Positions 12,393 to 25,145 of a stretch of DNA of 64,000 nt are shown one piece after another. The position numbers and the translations under genes are program-made. Under the pieces are notes generated by a model. It did not search any database. It was not told where the DNA came from and saw only the letters and a list, made by a program, of their open reading frames with translations. Positions within the stretch are counted from its first letter, which is position 1. Every line of letters begins with the position of its first letter. This stretch comes from Azolla caroliniana (Eukaryota; Plantae; Polypodiophyta). The stretch is taken from positions 8,246,001 to 8,310,000 of the forward strand of contig JBHGNT010000004.1 of assembly GCA_043228905.1 (NCBI GenBank), in the 5' to 3' direction.

Positions 12393-14507
12393 ATGGAGGA
12401 GGAAATGAGGCTTATGTGTACGATGGTGGAACGAATGATGCGAGAGCAAAGGATGATGGCAAGCATCGACAAAGCCGTCGACAATATTCTTGCTCGAGTA
12501 GGAATCTTCGAAGGTATAAATTTAACAAAATTTCTGAAGATTTACAATGAAGAAATGCTTAAACGTGGTGTCGACGAAGCTGCAAAAATTAATAGCTTTA
12601 GTCGAGTCACTGCGATTGGGCTACAAGAGAGAACCCAAGAGCTCCAAAGGGAGAATCAGACACGGACAATGTTTGAAAGAGCATTACTCAATGAATACAA
12701 CCTCAACGATATGTCAAGGATGACAAGGCAAGCTTTCATGGATTGGGTAGAGTCTAATAAACATTTAAGTGTTTTGGAAGTATTAAAAGAGTTTTTTGAA
12801 AGATTTGAGCAACTAAATGTTAGAGATAGAAATATAATAGTGCCAGATAAAGTAATATTGTTTCTACAAGCTACTAATATTAAAGATAGGAAGGACTTGG
12901 GAATGCTTTTAGAAGATCAGAATAGTCCAAGTGGACTTACCGAAGACTGGGAGGAGGTGAAAAGGGCGTGCGCCCATTTTTGCAAAACAAAGTTATGGTT
13001 TATGGAGTTGCCCGACATAAATGATGAAGAAACGGGGAACGAGTCGGGAGAAAAGAAAGTAGAAGAATCACTCTTACATGAATTGGTGAAAGGCATGAAA
13101 GACTTGTCGATCAAAGTGAGGAAGCTATAATCGGGACAAAGCTCGACTTCATCAAGGCAGGGAGGTGGAATGGTCCGAAGGTGTATGTGGTGTGATAGTA
13201 TCGACCACCAGAAGAAAGATTGTCAAGAGCATAGGGACGCTCTTAGTCATAATAAAATCTATTATCAAGATGGCAAGATTCACTCAACAGAGACTCGACA
13301 ACCACTTCAACTCAACTTCGGGCGAGGAGGAATGAAAAAGCTAATGGAAGATGCTGAGAGAGAAACGATTCAAGCGATACAATCCGTGGCAACCTTAGGA
13401 TTGAACGTAGAAGACTCATATGGTGGATCTGGCTTTTGGGAAGATGTGATGGATTATGCAAGAAAAGGGAAGGTTCAAGTGGATGAATTAAAAATAGCGG
13501 GAGATGAAATACGAAACTTCACTGGATGGAATGATCCAATAGATGCGCTATCAGCATTCACCCAAGTGAATGCACAAGATGTGCTAGTGGAAGAGAAGCG
13601 GAAGAGAGCTAAGGAAGCTGATCTGACAAAGAGACATGAGACACGAGAACAAAAGAGAAGGGAGATGGAAAAGGGTGCTACTGAGTCGAAGGAAGCTGAT
13701 AAAGTAAAAGGAAAGACAGGCCCATCTTTCAAGCTTGCCTCAGACATAGAAACAACGACGGATATAAAAAAGGTACTAGAAACAAGAATATTAAATAGTA
13801 AGGTAGAATTTACTTTAAGAGAAGTGTTGGGTATAGCAAAGAAAGAATTTCATGAAGTTATCATAGATATTATTAGAAGGAATAGACAAGTGACGGAGGA
13901 AATTATGGGAGGGTGTGCAACAACACTCCAAGATTTGTATGGTGGCACCATCAATGCTGCAAGTGTAAAAAACCAGAATGATGTTGGCATTCATGAAGGG
14001 GATAGCAGTCACTATACAAGGGACCATTGGGCTTGAGCAACAACGGAGGCACCTGCAAAAATTGGGGAGCAGCAAATTCCATGTATTGCTTTGATCAATC
14101 ATGGGTCCGAGATTAACATGATGTCATCGGAATTTTACGCTCGAGGACGGTGGCCGATTGACAAGAATCATGGGTGGAAAATAAGAGCTGCCATAGAAAC
14201 TACGGAGGATCTATTCAGAGCATGTCCTAGTGTAAAGGTAACAATTGGTGATGTCTCGGTGAATCAAAATTTCTTTGTGCAGGATCGATCAACCTACCCC
14301 GTCATCCTTGGTCAGCCCTACATCATTGCAATGAGGATGGAAACAAAGGTTATTGATGATGGTTCGGCTTTCGCGAGAATCAAGAGTCAAGATGGAAGAA
14401 AGACTATCCAATTCTTAACCGTGAGGCCCAACCATGAAAGAAACAAGGAATGCTTGAGGGAACATCCAATTCAAGAGATGGATGAATAGTTTTCCCAGGA
14501 TTTTTAG
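12393..14507 (+). pseudogene. Gypsy B gag-protease with in-frame stops
   Basis: Collinear same-frame ORFs 12393-13130, 13170-14036 (CMWCDSIDHQKKDC) and 14091-14489 (INHGSEIN); ends CAG GAT TTT TAG. Confidence 0.9.
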
Positions 14508-17500
14508 ATAGGGCTTTTACAGGTAGGGGTTGTGATACCCCGGACATGAAAGAAAACCCCATAAATAATAATGTAAATAAAGATATTCCTTGTACAATCT
14601 CATCTAGTGGTGCTACTTTTATACTAAAGGCCGATAATAATAAAATACAAAATACTTTCAAGTACTTTAAGTATTTTGGATTAATAGATAATGATGAAGA
14701 AATTCAGGATATGTTTGAAGAATTAAGTTTCGAAGATACAATAAGTCATTTGGAAGCAATGGAGGACGAGGAAGAAATTCAAGTTCCTGTCCATTCTATC
14801 AAGATGTACGGGGTCATTGAAGAAGTTGCTCGAAAGGATCATGAGGCATATGTGATGACAAAGTACAAGACAGTGGAGAAGAAGGTTCGTCCTATTGCTG
14901 CTCCACTTCTAGGGGATAGTGAAAGGGCAATCAAAGAAGCAGTTGTAGAGCCAATGATCAGAGAACCACGAAAGGTAGGACATGTGTTTACTCTGGGAAC
15001 AATACAAGGGATGAAAATAGGAGGGGGTGACTTCCTATTACCCGTTGAAGAAAAGCAGTTCAGGGAGATGTTAAAAAGGCATGGAAAGGCGTTCGCATTC
15101 CAACCGGAGGAAATAGGGTGTGTGGATCCAGAAATTTTGGAGCCCAAGAATATATTCACTATCCCTCATATTCCATGGAAATTTAAGCTAATACCCATGC
15201 CTAGGGCTAGAATCCCTCAACTATTAGAACTTTTGAAAGAAAAGATAAGGATGGGTATCTTGGAACCATCGAACGCTCCTTACTCGAGTCGATGGTTCAC
15301 TGTGTTAAAGAAAGATGGGTGACTCCGATTTATCCAAGATATGCAACCCGTGAATAAAGTAACAATCCGAAACTCGGGAGTAGGGCCAATTGTGGATGAG
15401 ATGTTTGTAGGAAGAGCTATATATTCAATGGGAGACCTTTATTCCGGGTATGATCAATTTCAACTTGCTATCAAAAGTCGAGATATAACTTCTATCAAGA
15501 CACCTATAGGGTTAGTACGGATGTGCACCTTACTGCAAGGAGCGACCAACTCAGTGGCGCATATGATGAATGGAATGAACAAGGTACTTCGTGATTTTAT
15601 TCCTCATATTACAATGCCTTTTTTAGATGATGTTCCAATTAAGGGATGCAAGGAGAAAGAGAAGAACGAGGAATTGGACGAAAGTGGTTGCCATCAATTC
15701 GTTGCTGATCATATCAAGGGATTGTGAGAAGGTGCTATCAAGGATGGAAGAAGTGCATTTGACCTTATCAGGGTCAAAGTCAATATTTGGGGCAAAAGAG
15801 ATATTAATAGTTGGTCATATGTGTGCCCCGTACGGGAGAAAGCCATCCCCAACCAAGGTCAATGCAATTCAAAATATGCAAGAGGAATGTACATCTGTCT
15901 CAGAAGTACGAAGGTTTTTGGGGGTATGTGTTTTTTACTGTAATGGATTCCGCATTATGCCCATTTATCTGAACCTTTATATAGACTCCTAAGAAAAGGA
16001 GAGACATTTGAATGGAGTGAAGAGCATTCAGAGGCAATGAAGAAATTGAAGTACTACTTGGCACAAGCTCCACCATTAAAGCAACTAGACTACACCCGAC
16101 CCATATATCTCACAATAGACTCTAGTCCCATTGGAATTGGATGGGTGATAAGCCAACAAGATAGGAAGAAAGGTATCCAGTCCGATTCGGGGCAAAGGTT
16201 CTTAGTGGTCGACAAAGAAAATATGCACAGGTGAAAAGAGAGCTATGGATGATAGTAACAATAGTAAAGATAAACAGAGATTACTTAATTGGTGCTGAAG
16301 TAATAATAGAAATAGATTGTTTGCCTATTCTTGGTATCATAGCTAATTGTGATATTCCAGATCAAGCCATGTTAAGATGGTGTATCTATATTAGATCAAT
16401 CAACCTTGAAGTTCGACATATATTTGGGAATAGAAATGCAGTAGCAGATATGTTATCAAGAGCAAGGTATGAGGAAGAGGAGATTCTAGACTCGGACAAT
16501 GAGGACAAAGAAAAAATAGTCCTTACCATAAGCATTACTCGGGAAGGAGGAATGCAGTTTCTAGAAGAGGAGAATGAAGAAGAATTCAAGGAAATAGGGA
16601 AATACCTACAAACCCTTGACAAGTACAAAGGTCGATTTGGAAAAGAGTTCGCACAGTTCGCAAGAAAGCCCATAAGTTCTTCCTCCATGAAGGATATCTA
16701 TGGCGACATCTAAAAAACAAGACTGGAAACCCGCAAAGAGTAATAGGTTCTGAAGGGCAAAGAAAGGAGATAATCAGAGAGCTACAAGACAAAGAATGGG
16801 CTGGTCATCGAGGAGTGTGGGCCACTTTCAGTAAGATTAAAGAACGATTTTGGTGGCCTCGATACTATGAGCAAATAAAAAAGTATGTGGAAACTTGTCC
16901 CACTTGTCAATATTATTCAAATGTAAAATTTTGTAATGAATTACACCCAACATACTCACCAGGGGTGCATTACAAGTGGATGATAGATTTGGTAACAATG
17001 CCACTTGGAGTAGGACAAAAGAGATACTTGGTTCTTGCTAGAGAAGATCTAACAAATCAAGTGGAAGGTGGTTCATTGCGAACAAAAGGGACATTAGGAG
17101 TATGTCAATTCATCTTGGAGGACATTGTTTGTAGATATGGATGTATCGGGAAGATAGTGGCAAATAGGGGAGAACTCAATTCTGCGGAAGCTCAAGATTT
17201 TTTCGACAAAATAGGAATTCGGCTTTCTTTGACAACGACGTACAATCCATAAGCTAATGGAAAGGTAGAAAGGGGACATGGGCCAATAGTCAAAGCTTTG
17301 GCAAAGTCATGTGGAGGACGGGTTAGTGATTGGCCAAAAACCTAACCGTATGCACTATGGGCTGATAGGACAACTCACAACACTGTTACTGGATATATGC
17401 CTGTAGAATTAATCACAGGACAGAAGCCAATAATGCCAATTGAAGAAAAGATAACTACATGGGCTGTGTTGCCTTGGGAATCGGAAATGAGTAGGGAAGA

Positions 17501-17933
17501 TTTACTTGCGGTTCGAATACGACAACTTCAATCAAGGACAGAAGACATAGAAAAAGCAGCTACTAGAATGAAAGAGTCAAGAATCAAGAATAAGGACAGA
17601 TTTGACAAGATGAAAAGAATATGACCAAGAAAGGTGCAAGAGGGAGATTGGGTATTAGTATATGATAGTAGCCTAGATAATCAATACACTACTATTCGGA
17701 AGTTTGCAAAAAGATGGTTTGGACCTTATGAAGTTAGGAAAATAACAGATAAAGCCACATATTTCCTCAATGAATTAGATGGGACAGAAATTCGTTTCCC
17801 AATTGCAGGAAAAAGGATTAAAATATTTAAAAGGAGGGAGTCATTAGAGCCCGAATTTTATGAAGAAGTAGAAGAACTAAAAGAATCGGAAGAAGTGTTG
17901 GATGAACTCTGCACAACCAATGTGCAAGTTTAG
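14498..17933 (+). pseudogene. Gypsy B pol (RT-RNase H-integrase), fragmented
   Basis: ORFs 14546-15322, 15341-15727 (YSGYDQ, FLDD), 15627-16713 and 16815-17933. Confidence 0.9.
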
Positions 17934-17943
17934 AGGGGGTGGG

Positions 17944-18286
17944 TGTCGTGAAGAATGTGCTTCACGATTAAAAAATGAGCTTAAATGTTGTATTTAATAA
18001 TATTTGAGAGACTCAAACCCACATCCTTATATACGAAGTACAATGCACATACCACTAGGCTAGGCTATTTAGTTGTAAAAGTTTGTAATAAATGTGCTTC
18101 ATGATATAAGAATGAAGCTATATATTGTATTAAGTAAAATTGAGAGACTTGAACTCTCAACCTTGTATGCCAAACACAAAGTATACACCACTAAGCTAGG
18201 TTAGTTATTTTAGAATACATTTTCATCATTATACTTATCCCATATCTATTTTCATACATGGGAGCTCAAGTGAGCATGATGGCTAC
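17944..18286 (+). repeat. Truncated 3' LTR of Gypsy B
   Basis: Matches 11439-11781, then switches to the LTR of element C. Confidence 0.9.
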
Positions 18287-18713
18287 TATTAGAGACATGT
18301 ACTAAAGTAAGCATTAGATAAGGATAGATCTAGGTAGATAGAAAGAAAGGAGAGAGAGAAAGAAGGGTGCCGATCCACCCGACCACCCCCGAGGGAAGGG
18401 ATCGAGACGGACTCGAGCCTCGATCGGCGTCCCATACCACCGCCGTGGTGTCGAGTCGTACCTGGTGTTGGCGGGCTCGCTACAAGAGTTGACCCACCAC
18501 AAGACAGAGTCTCGACGTAGTCAACAAGATAATCAAATGAGGGTAGCTAGGTCTCTTATTTATAGCGATACCCAAATGGGTTGTCTCAATCCCGAGGATT
18601 TAAAAGTAATTCTCCCCTTCTTTACACTCTCATTTAACCCTCCACTTATCCACGTGTATAGAATACTACGGTAAATTCTCACCACGGGATATTATATGGT
18701 CATGCCCATAACA
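18287..18713 (-). repeat. 3' LTR of chromovirus C
   Basis: Bounded by the break in B's LTR on one side and the PPT (18714-18725) on the other. Confidence 0.8.
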
Positions 18714-18725
18714 TACTCCCCCTCT

Positions 18726-21700
18726 TTAAAACATTGCACTCTTGCAATGGAAAGTTAGGGAAGTTAGTTCTGAGAGTACTCTCGCCTTCCCATGTGGCAT
18801 CTTTATTGATTTATCCATCCATTTTATTTTAAATTCTCGGATTTCTTTAGTACGTAATTTTTTTGTTTTAACATCGAGAATTCTTTCTGGTACATGTGGT
18901 TTAGAATATAATTCTTCAGAAGTAACCAGAGTTTCAGTTGTAACTATGTTGTCGCCAGAACCTATAAGTTCTTTTAGACAACTCACATGAAAGACTGGAT
19001 GAATTCCAACACCATCGGGAAGAGCGAGATGATAGGCTGATGATCCAATGCATTTGAGGACTGTAAAAGGTCCACAAAACCGTGGGGCTAACTTAGCGCA
19101 CTTACCCGTAGACAATGTCTTAGAATTGTGAGGTACACGTAAAAATACCTTCTGTCTAGGGTTGAATACACGAGGTTGCCTATGATGATCGACATAAAAA
19201 CGCGCTCTATCTTGAGCTGTTTTTATATTATCTCATGCAATATGCAACATATCTTGCATATCCCGAAAAATGTTTTGCGTACTTCACAACTCATCATGAT
19301 GTATATTAACATCAATCGGGGCTCGTGGTTGAAAACCATACATCAACATAAAAGGACTATATCCCGTCAACGTATGCTTGGAACTGTTATAAGCAAACTC
19401 CAATATTGGGAGATAACATTCCCATTTTTTTGGTTTTGCACCAACATATGCTCGAAGCATGTCCTCAATAAATTGATTTACTCGTTCTGTTTGTCCATCA
19501 GATTGAGGATGATCCGTGGAGCTCATGCTCAACGTAGTTTCTAACTTCTTAAAGACTTGCGTCCAGAAGTCACTAGTAAATTTTGGATCTCGATCACTCA
19601 CGATATCCATCGGTAACCCATAAAAACGAAATAACTCGTCAATGAATTGGTAAGCCAATTCAGGAGCTGTTACCATGGTTTTAGTAGCAATAAATTTGGC
19701 CATTTTAGTTAGTCTATCAACCACAACCCAGATGGTATCATGACCTTTTTGGGTGCGAGGAAGGCTAACAATAAAATCCATGGATATACTTTCCCACTTA
19801 TTGTTGGGAATGTCCAAGGGATGTAAAAGTCCTGCGGCTTTAAGTTGCTCGGCTTTGTTAACTTGACATTGGTGACATTTAGTCACATAGCTATGTATGT
19901 CAGGGTGCATCTTAGGCCAATAAAATGTTGAGAACGAGTGTATGATGTATTCCAGGGTGCCTTGCCGAGGGTGCATCATGGCATTAAAAAAGAATTCTCT
20001 TTTTGACCTTAGGAAAATCTGGAACACAAACCTTCCCATTATGGTAGAGCATACCATTAGCAATGTGGAAGTATTCCTTCGAGGATGTGGTGGTGTCTGT
20101 TCTAGACTCAACTCTTGCCCAGTATTTTGCAAAATAACTATCATCAGGATACTTTCCTCGAAGGTGATCATAAAGATTTGATGTTATTTCAGTGAAGCTA
20201 AGCATGCTAACTTCACGGATGCGACTTAGTGCATCAGCGACAGTATTCATGGAACCTTTACGATATCGTATGAAAAATCAAAGTTCTGGATGAGATCAGT
20301 CCATCGTGCCTTACGACCTTTCAGGTCTTGTTGGTCACAAAAATATTTCAAGGACTCGTGGTCCGTAGTTACCACAAAGCGATTTTCATAAAGATAATGG
20401 CACCATGTTTTGAGCGGATGTATAACTGCAAATAATTCCTTTTCTTGAACGGTATACTGACATTGAGCAGAATCAAGTTTCTTACTCTCGAATGCTATTG
20501 GTTTACCATCTTGATATAAGACAACACCTATAGCATAATCGCTTGCATCGGTTTCAACCTCAAAAGGTTTTGAAGGATCGGGTAAAAGAAGTGAAGGAGC
20601 CTTGCAAACTAGGTCCTTGAGTTCCTTAAAGGCGAGGTCTAGTGTAGCATTCCACACAATAGGTTTTGTAGACTTACGCGTTTGACCTTTTAGAAGATCA
20701 GTAAACGGCGTCGTCAATTGGGAGTAATTACGAAGGGATTTTTGCAAAAACCCGACAAAACCAAGGAATGATCGAACTTCTCGAATGTTCCGAAGAGTGG
20801 GCCAAAGCTTGATTTTCTCGATGCGAGAAGGATCAATTTCAACTCCTCGTTCGGTTATGAGATGTCCAAGATAAGTAATTGATTTCTTGAAGAACTCACA
20901 TTTTGAGATCTTCGCATAAAATTGTTTGTCACGCAATGTTTGTAAAACAAAGTGGACATGTTTAGCATGTTCTTGTAATGTACGACTATAAACTAAAATA
21001 TCATCCAAGAAAATAAAGACAAATTTTCCAAGTTGTTCTCGGAAAATGTCATTCATTTCTTGTTGAAATGTAGCCGGAGCATTGGCCAAACCAAAAGGCA
21101 TAACCAAAAACTCATAATGCCCATAGCACGTACGAAATACCGTTTTAGGAACATCGTCCTCACTTATACGAATTTGATGGTAGCCAGTACGGATATCAAG
21201 TTTTGTAAAATACCGAGCTCCTTGGAGACGGTCAATTAGATCGTCAGCCTGGGGCAATGGATACAAATTCTTGATCGTCACTTTATTCAAGCGTCGGTAA
21301 TTAATACACATACGCCATGTGCCCTCTTTCTTTTTAACCAAGAGAACTGGTGCACCCTATGGAGATTTACTATAACGTATATAACCCATTCGTAAATAGT
21401 CCTTGAGTTGCTTAGATACCTCATCCTCTTCGGATCGACTTAAGCGATAAGGAGGTATACTTATTGGTGCAACACCAGGTACAATATCTATACGATGGTA
21501 TATATTACGTTTAGGAGGTAAGCCATCTGGTAATTCACTCGGAAAAACATCACGAAAATCATTTAAGATTTCATCAAGTTGTTGTTGTTCAAAATATGTT
21601 AATTGAACCGAGACATTATCGATATTGTAAACATGAATGTCCGGATCAAGTACACAATAAAATAGAGTAGAACAAGACAACTCGGATATTGATGGACACG

Positions 21701-23123
21701 AGGAAACAATCGAGAGGGATTGTTTTTTTACACATTGAATAAAATGAGTACAATCGTTTAGTACAAATGTAATTGAATGATGAACCCAATCAATAGATAA
21801 AGAAGAGTTTTTATTATAAAACCAGGGATAACCCAGTATTACATCAGTGGTACAAAGATTCATTACATGGAAGTCTACTTCCTCTATATAAGTGTCAATA
21901 GAAATTCCTAATGAATGAATCGCACCGTTGATGTATCGTACTCTTCCATCAGCCAAGTGCATCGTGTAGGTATGATCACTTACGGTGGGTTGGATTCCCC
22001 ATATCTGAACCAAACGATCATTCACAAAGTTGTGTGAGCTTCCCAAATCAAATAAAAATTGTACGGGAGATCCATTGATATACCCGTTTGCACGTAGTAA
22101 ATCATTGGGACCCAATACATAGTGAGGCAAAGAACATTGACAATTACTTAAATGATGTGTATAGACCTGAAGGACATTAGGAATCTGACCTTTATGGTCT
22201 GCAACTTTAGCTTTGTTGTCATGTTCTTTCCGTTGGAGCTTTCAACATTGATCTTTTGTATGGGCCTTCTTTTTGCAGAATACACAAAAAGGATGTTGTC
22301 GCTTACAATCGCGATCCATGAATTCGTTGGGTGTCTTACGTTTCCCAATGAATTGTAACTACTTAGTCCCGGGTGCTTCGTTGGGTTTGTTGTGGTCCTT
22401 CTTCGAAGTGCGTTGATAGCGAAGAACTATTTCAACGGCCTCTTCGAAGGATTTTGGATCCTTATCGTGCACTATCTAATGATAGTCCGAATTGGGGATG
22501 CCATTGACAAAACAAGCTATTAACCAATTGTCCCCTTCTAGACCTGATTTTTGGATTTGGGTTCTAGCATGGTGGACATAGTCTTCTAGTGAGGAAAATT
22601 TCTGACTAGAGAGGTTCATTAAAGCTTGTGCTGCCTCGGTTCGAGAGGGAGGTTGTAGAAATTGGCCCTTGAAAACTGTGACAAAATCTATCCATGTATC
22701 GGGCAATTTCCCCAACGTGCGGAGCCCACGCCACCAGGCGGCGGCCTTACCCCTTAGTTCTCGGCCGACATATGCAATCTTCGTACTATCTGGCGTGGGA
22801 TAGAGCTCAAAATGAGACTTCCATCGGCCCAGCCAAGTGCAGATTGCTTCTTCAGTTCTTTCCTTTTTGTCTCCCGTAAATGGCTTAACGACAAATGATG
22901 GTTCACCCTGTCGCTCATCAGGTTTATTAGTCTCACGTTGTAGACTAATGACACGTGCCTTGAGAGCACTTTGAGATTGCCGAAGTTCGGTCATCTGTTG
23001 AGCGGTGAAACTAAGGTATTGGGTTATTTGCGAAAAATACATCTCAATGGACATTTGTCCAAGAGGATTCCCTTGAGTTCCTTCCGCTTGAGCGGATGAC
23101 ATCGGGTCGTTATTTTGAGCCAT
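18726..23123 (-). pseudogene. Chromovirus C gag-pol (gag, PR, RT, RH, INT, chromodomain)
   Basis: Collinear ORFs separated by single stops or frameshifts. Confidence 0.9.
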
Positions 23124-24609
23124 TAAATGATTATTTCTAGAAAAGAAATAGGATAAGGTCAGAGAGATAGTCATAACATCATGTCGTGATGTAAACCTAT
23201 CATGGGCAAACATTAATCGATATCATGATCTCACGTAAATACCCCTCTAGACGTATGAGATGAGGTTCAAGAGCAGGTTACTATGGTAACACAAAGGTGT
23301 TTTAAAAACCATGGGGGTGACAAATAAATGTCTTTCCCTGATCTCTATATCGATGTTTTCATGGTGGCTCCCCGAGGCTCAACCATGTATGTTCGTGTCA
23401 TGAATAGTTTATACACGAAAAAAATGTTAACAATAAACTATGTTTCGGTGCCCACATATGTGGTTTCAGCTCTTTAAGTCCTATTATGAGGACCCCGAAG
23501 TGCACTTAGACCTCAAGTCTAAACATGTGTTATAATCATATGTATCAACGATGTTGTATGGGCTTGGTCATATTTGAACTCGAGACCTCGAGAAAAAATG
23601 CATTAATCACTTGAGCCAACCAAGTAGGTTGCTCTTCTTAAATATTTAATGTTTCATGCGTATAAGAGATATGCGAGACATTTGCCCATATATGTTTTTT
23701 TAAAAGAAACATATATGTCAAGAGTCCTTATTTCGCCCTCATTTACCACAACTATGTTGGTACGTTACCTAACCTCAAGTCTCATAATTATGATGGCATA
23801 CACCAAAATGCAACCTAATGGTCAAGCCAAATGAGCCCTCTTTTCGTAGTAGGCCCACGTGGCCCATCACATGGTCACGTCATTACGAATGCCTCTCGTA
23901 AGAATGATCTCATGCTGGCATTGTATCCATGTAATGAGGGAGGGATGTTGGATACGTGTGTCATAAGAGCGACCTCACATGAAGTGGGTCAAACCCTACG
24001 TACTCAACATCATTATGGCTATTGGCGTTTCTTTATGTAACGAAATATTGAAGTCACCAACAGGGATTTCAACAATAAAAAATTGTTGAAAAAAAAGGGA
24101 TGGTGACAACACGATTCTCACAAAAATGTGAGGATGGCCACCAAGAACCTTTCCCCAAAAAGGAAAACATTCGATTTAAAATCACGTAATGACTTATATA
24201 CACATATGTATATGATCACATATATGCGATTAACTACGTATACACGTGACCACATATGCCTATATTAAAGAAATCATTATATTTAATAACCAAAAATGAC
24301 GTAATCGAGATATGTAATCGAGGCATATACCTCTACGCACACGAGACATCCAAAAATAAGGGTTCAACGTAATACGCAATTGAGGTATTGACCTCTTACG
24401 CATATGGGACCAAACACATATCATTTACAACAAATCGAGGTGTTGACCTCATACGCAAACGTAACATATGTTCGTGAACGTAATACATAATTGAGGTATT
24501 AATCTCGTATGCATACGACACTCATTTAACTGAGTGTCCCCGACAGCTCACCGGAAGATCACCCTTGCTACGTCCTACCCCGCATGGCCTCCTTTTCTCA
24601 CGTAATGCT

Positions 24610-25113
24610 TGTTAGGAAACAGGTCCCTTCGGATGGGAAATGAGAAGAACCGTGTTTATGAGCAACTCGGCCGAGGCCGAAACCGGAAATCGTGGAGATA
24701 GCCAACACGGAAGGCTAAACTTGTAAATAGTCGAAAGGTTACATTAGTATATAAGTACTTAGGGCAATCATGTTAGGTGTGTGTTAACTAAAAAGTCACT
24801 GTTGTCGAGGTCATGGCCTCTGTAACCGTGAAAGTGAACGAGTGTGAGTGGAAGCGAGTGAACTTCATAGCCGCCTGTAGGCGAAGTAGGATCTTGAGGT
24901 CGTTGCCTTTGAGATCTCTGATTGTATTCCTTTCTCTCTTATAGTGTTCTGTTTCGGAGTTTGTGGACTCCACGTGGTTTTTTCCCGGTTCGGGTTTCCA
25001 CGTTAAAATCTGTGTCATTCTTAGTTTTTGTATTCTGTTTTTACCTTTCCATTAGATTGACTATTATTCTGCACATATACAACCGATTGTGGCCGGCAAC
25101 GATTTGAACTTCA
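24610..25113 (+). repeat. 5' LTR of Copia D
   Basis: Repeated at 28251-33222 (split by E). Confidence 0.9.
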
Positions 25114-25145
25114 AACTAGTATCAGAGCGAAATCGACACAGAAAA

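Larger units (their letters stand above)
11439..18286 (+). mobile_element. Gypsy B: same lineage as A but a different family; 3' LTR truncated by chromovirus C
   Basis: 5' LTR 11439-~12353, PBS-Trp, gag-PR, pol, PPT AGAGGGGGTGGG, 3' LTR from 17944; left flank CCGG. Confidence 0.94.
18287..24609 (-). mobile_element. Chromovirus-type Ty3/Gypsy element C; 5' LTR missing
   Basis: 3' LTR 18287-18713 (TA[TG]TTAG...AACA), PPT AGAGGGGGAGTA, gag 22476-23213, protease (FLFDLGSSHNF), RT 20247-21341, integrase 19284-20171, chromodomain-like PERILDVKTKKLRTKEIREFKIKW, long 5' leader. Confidence 0.92.
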
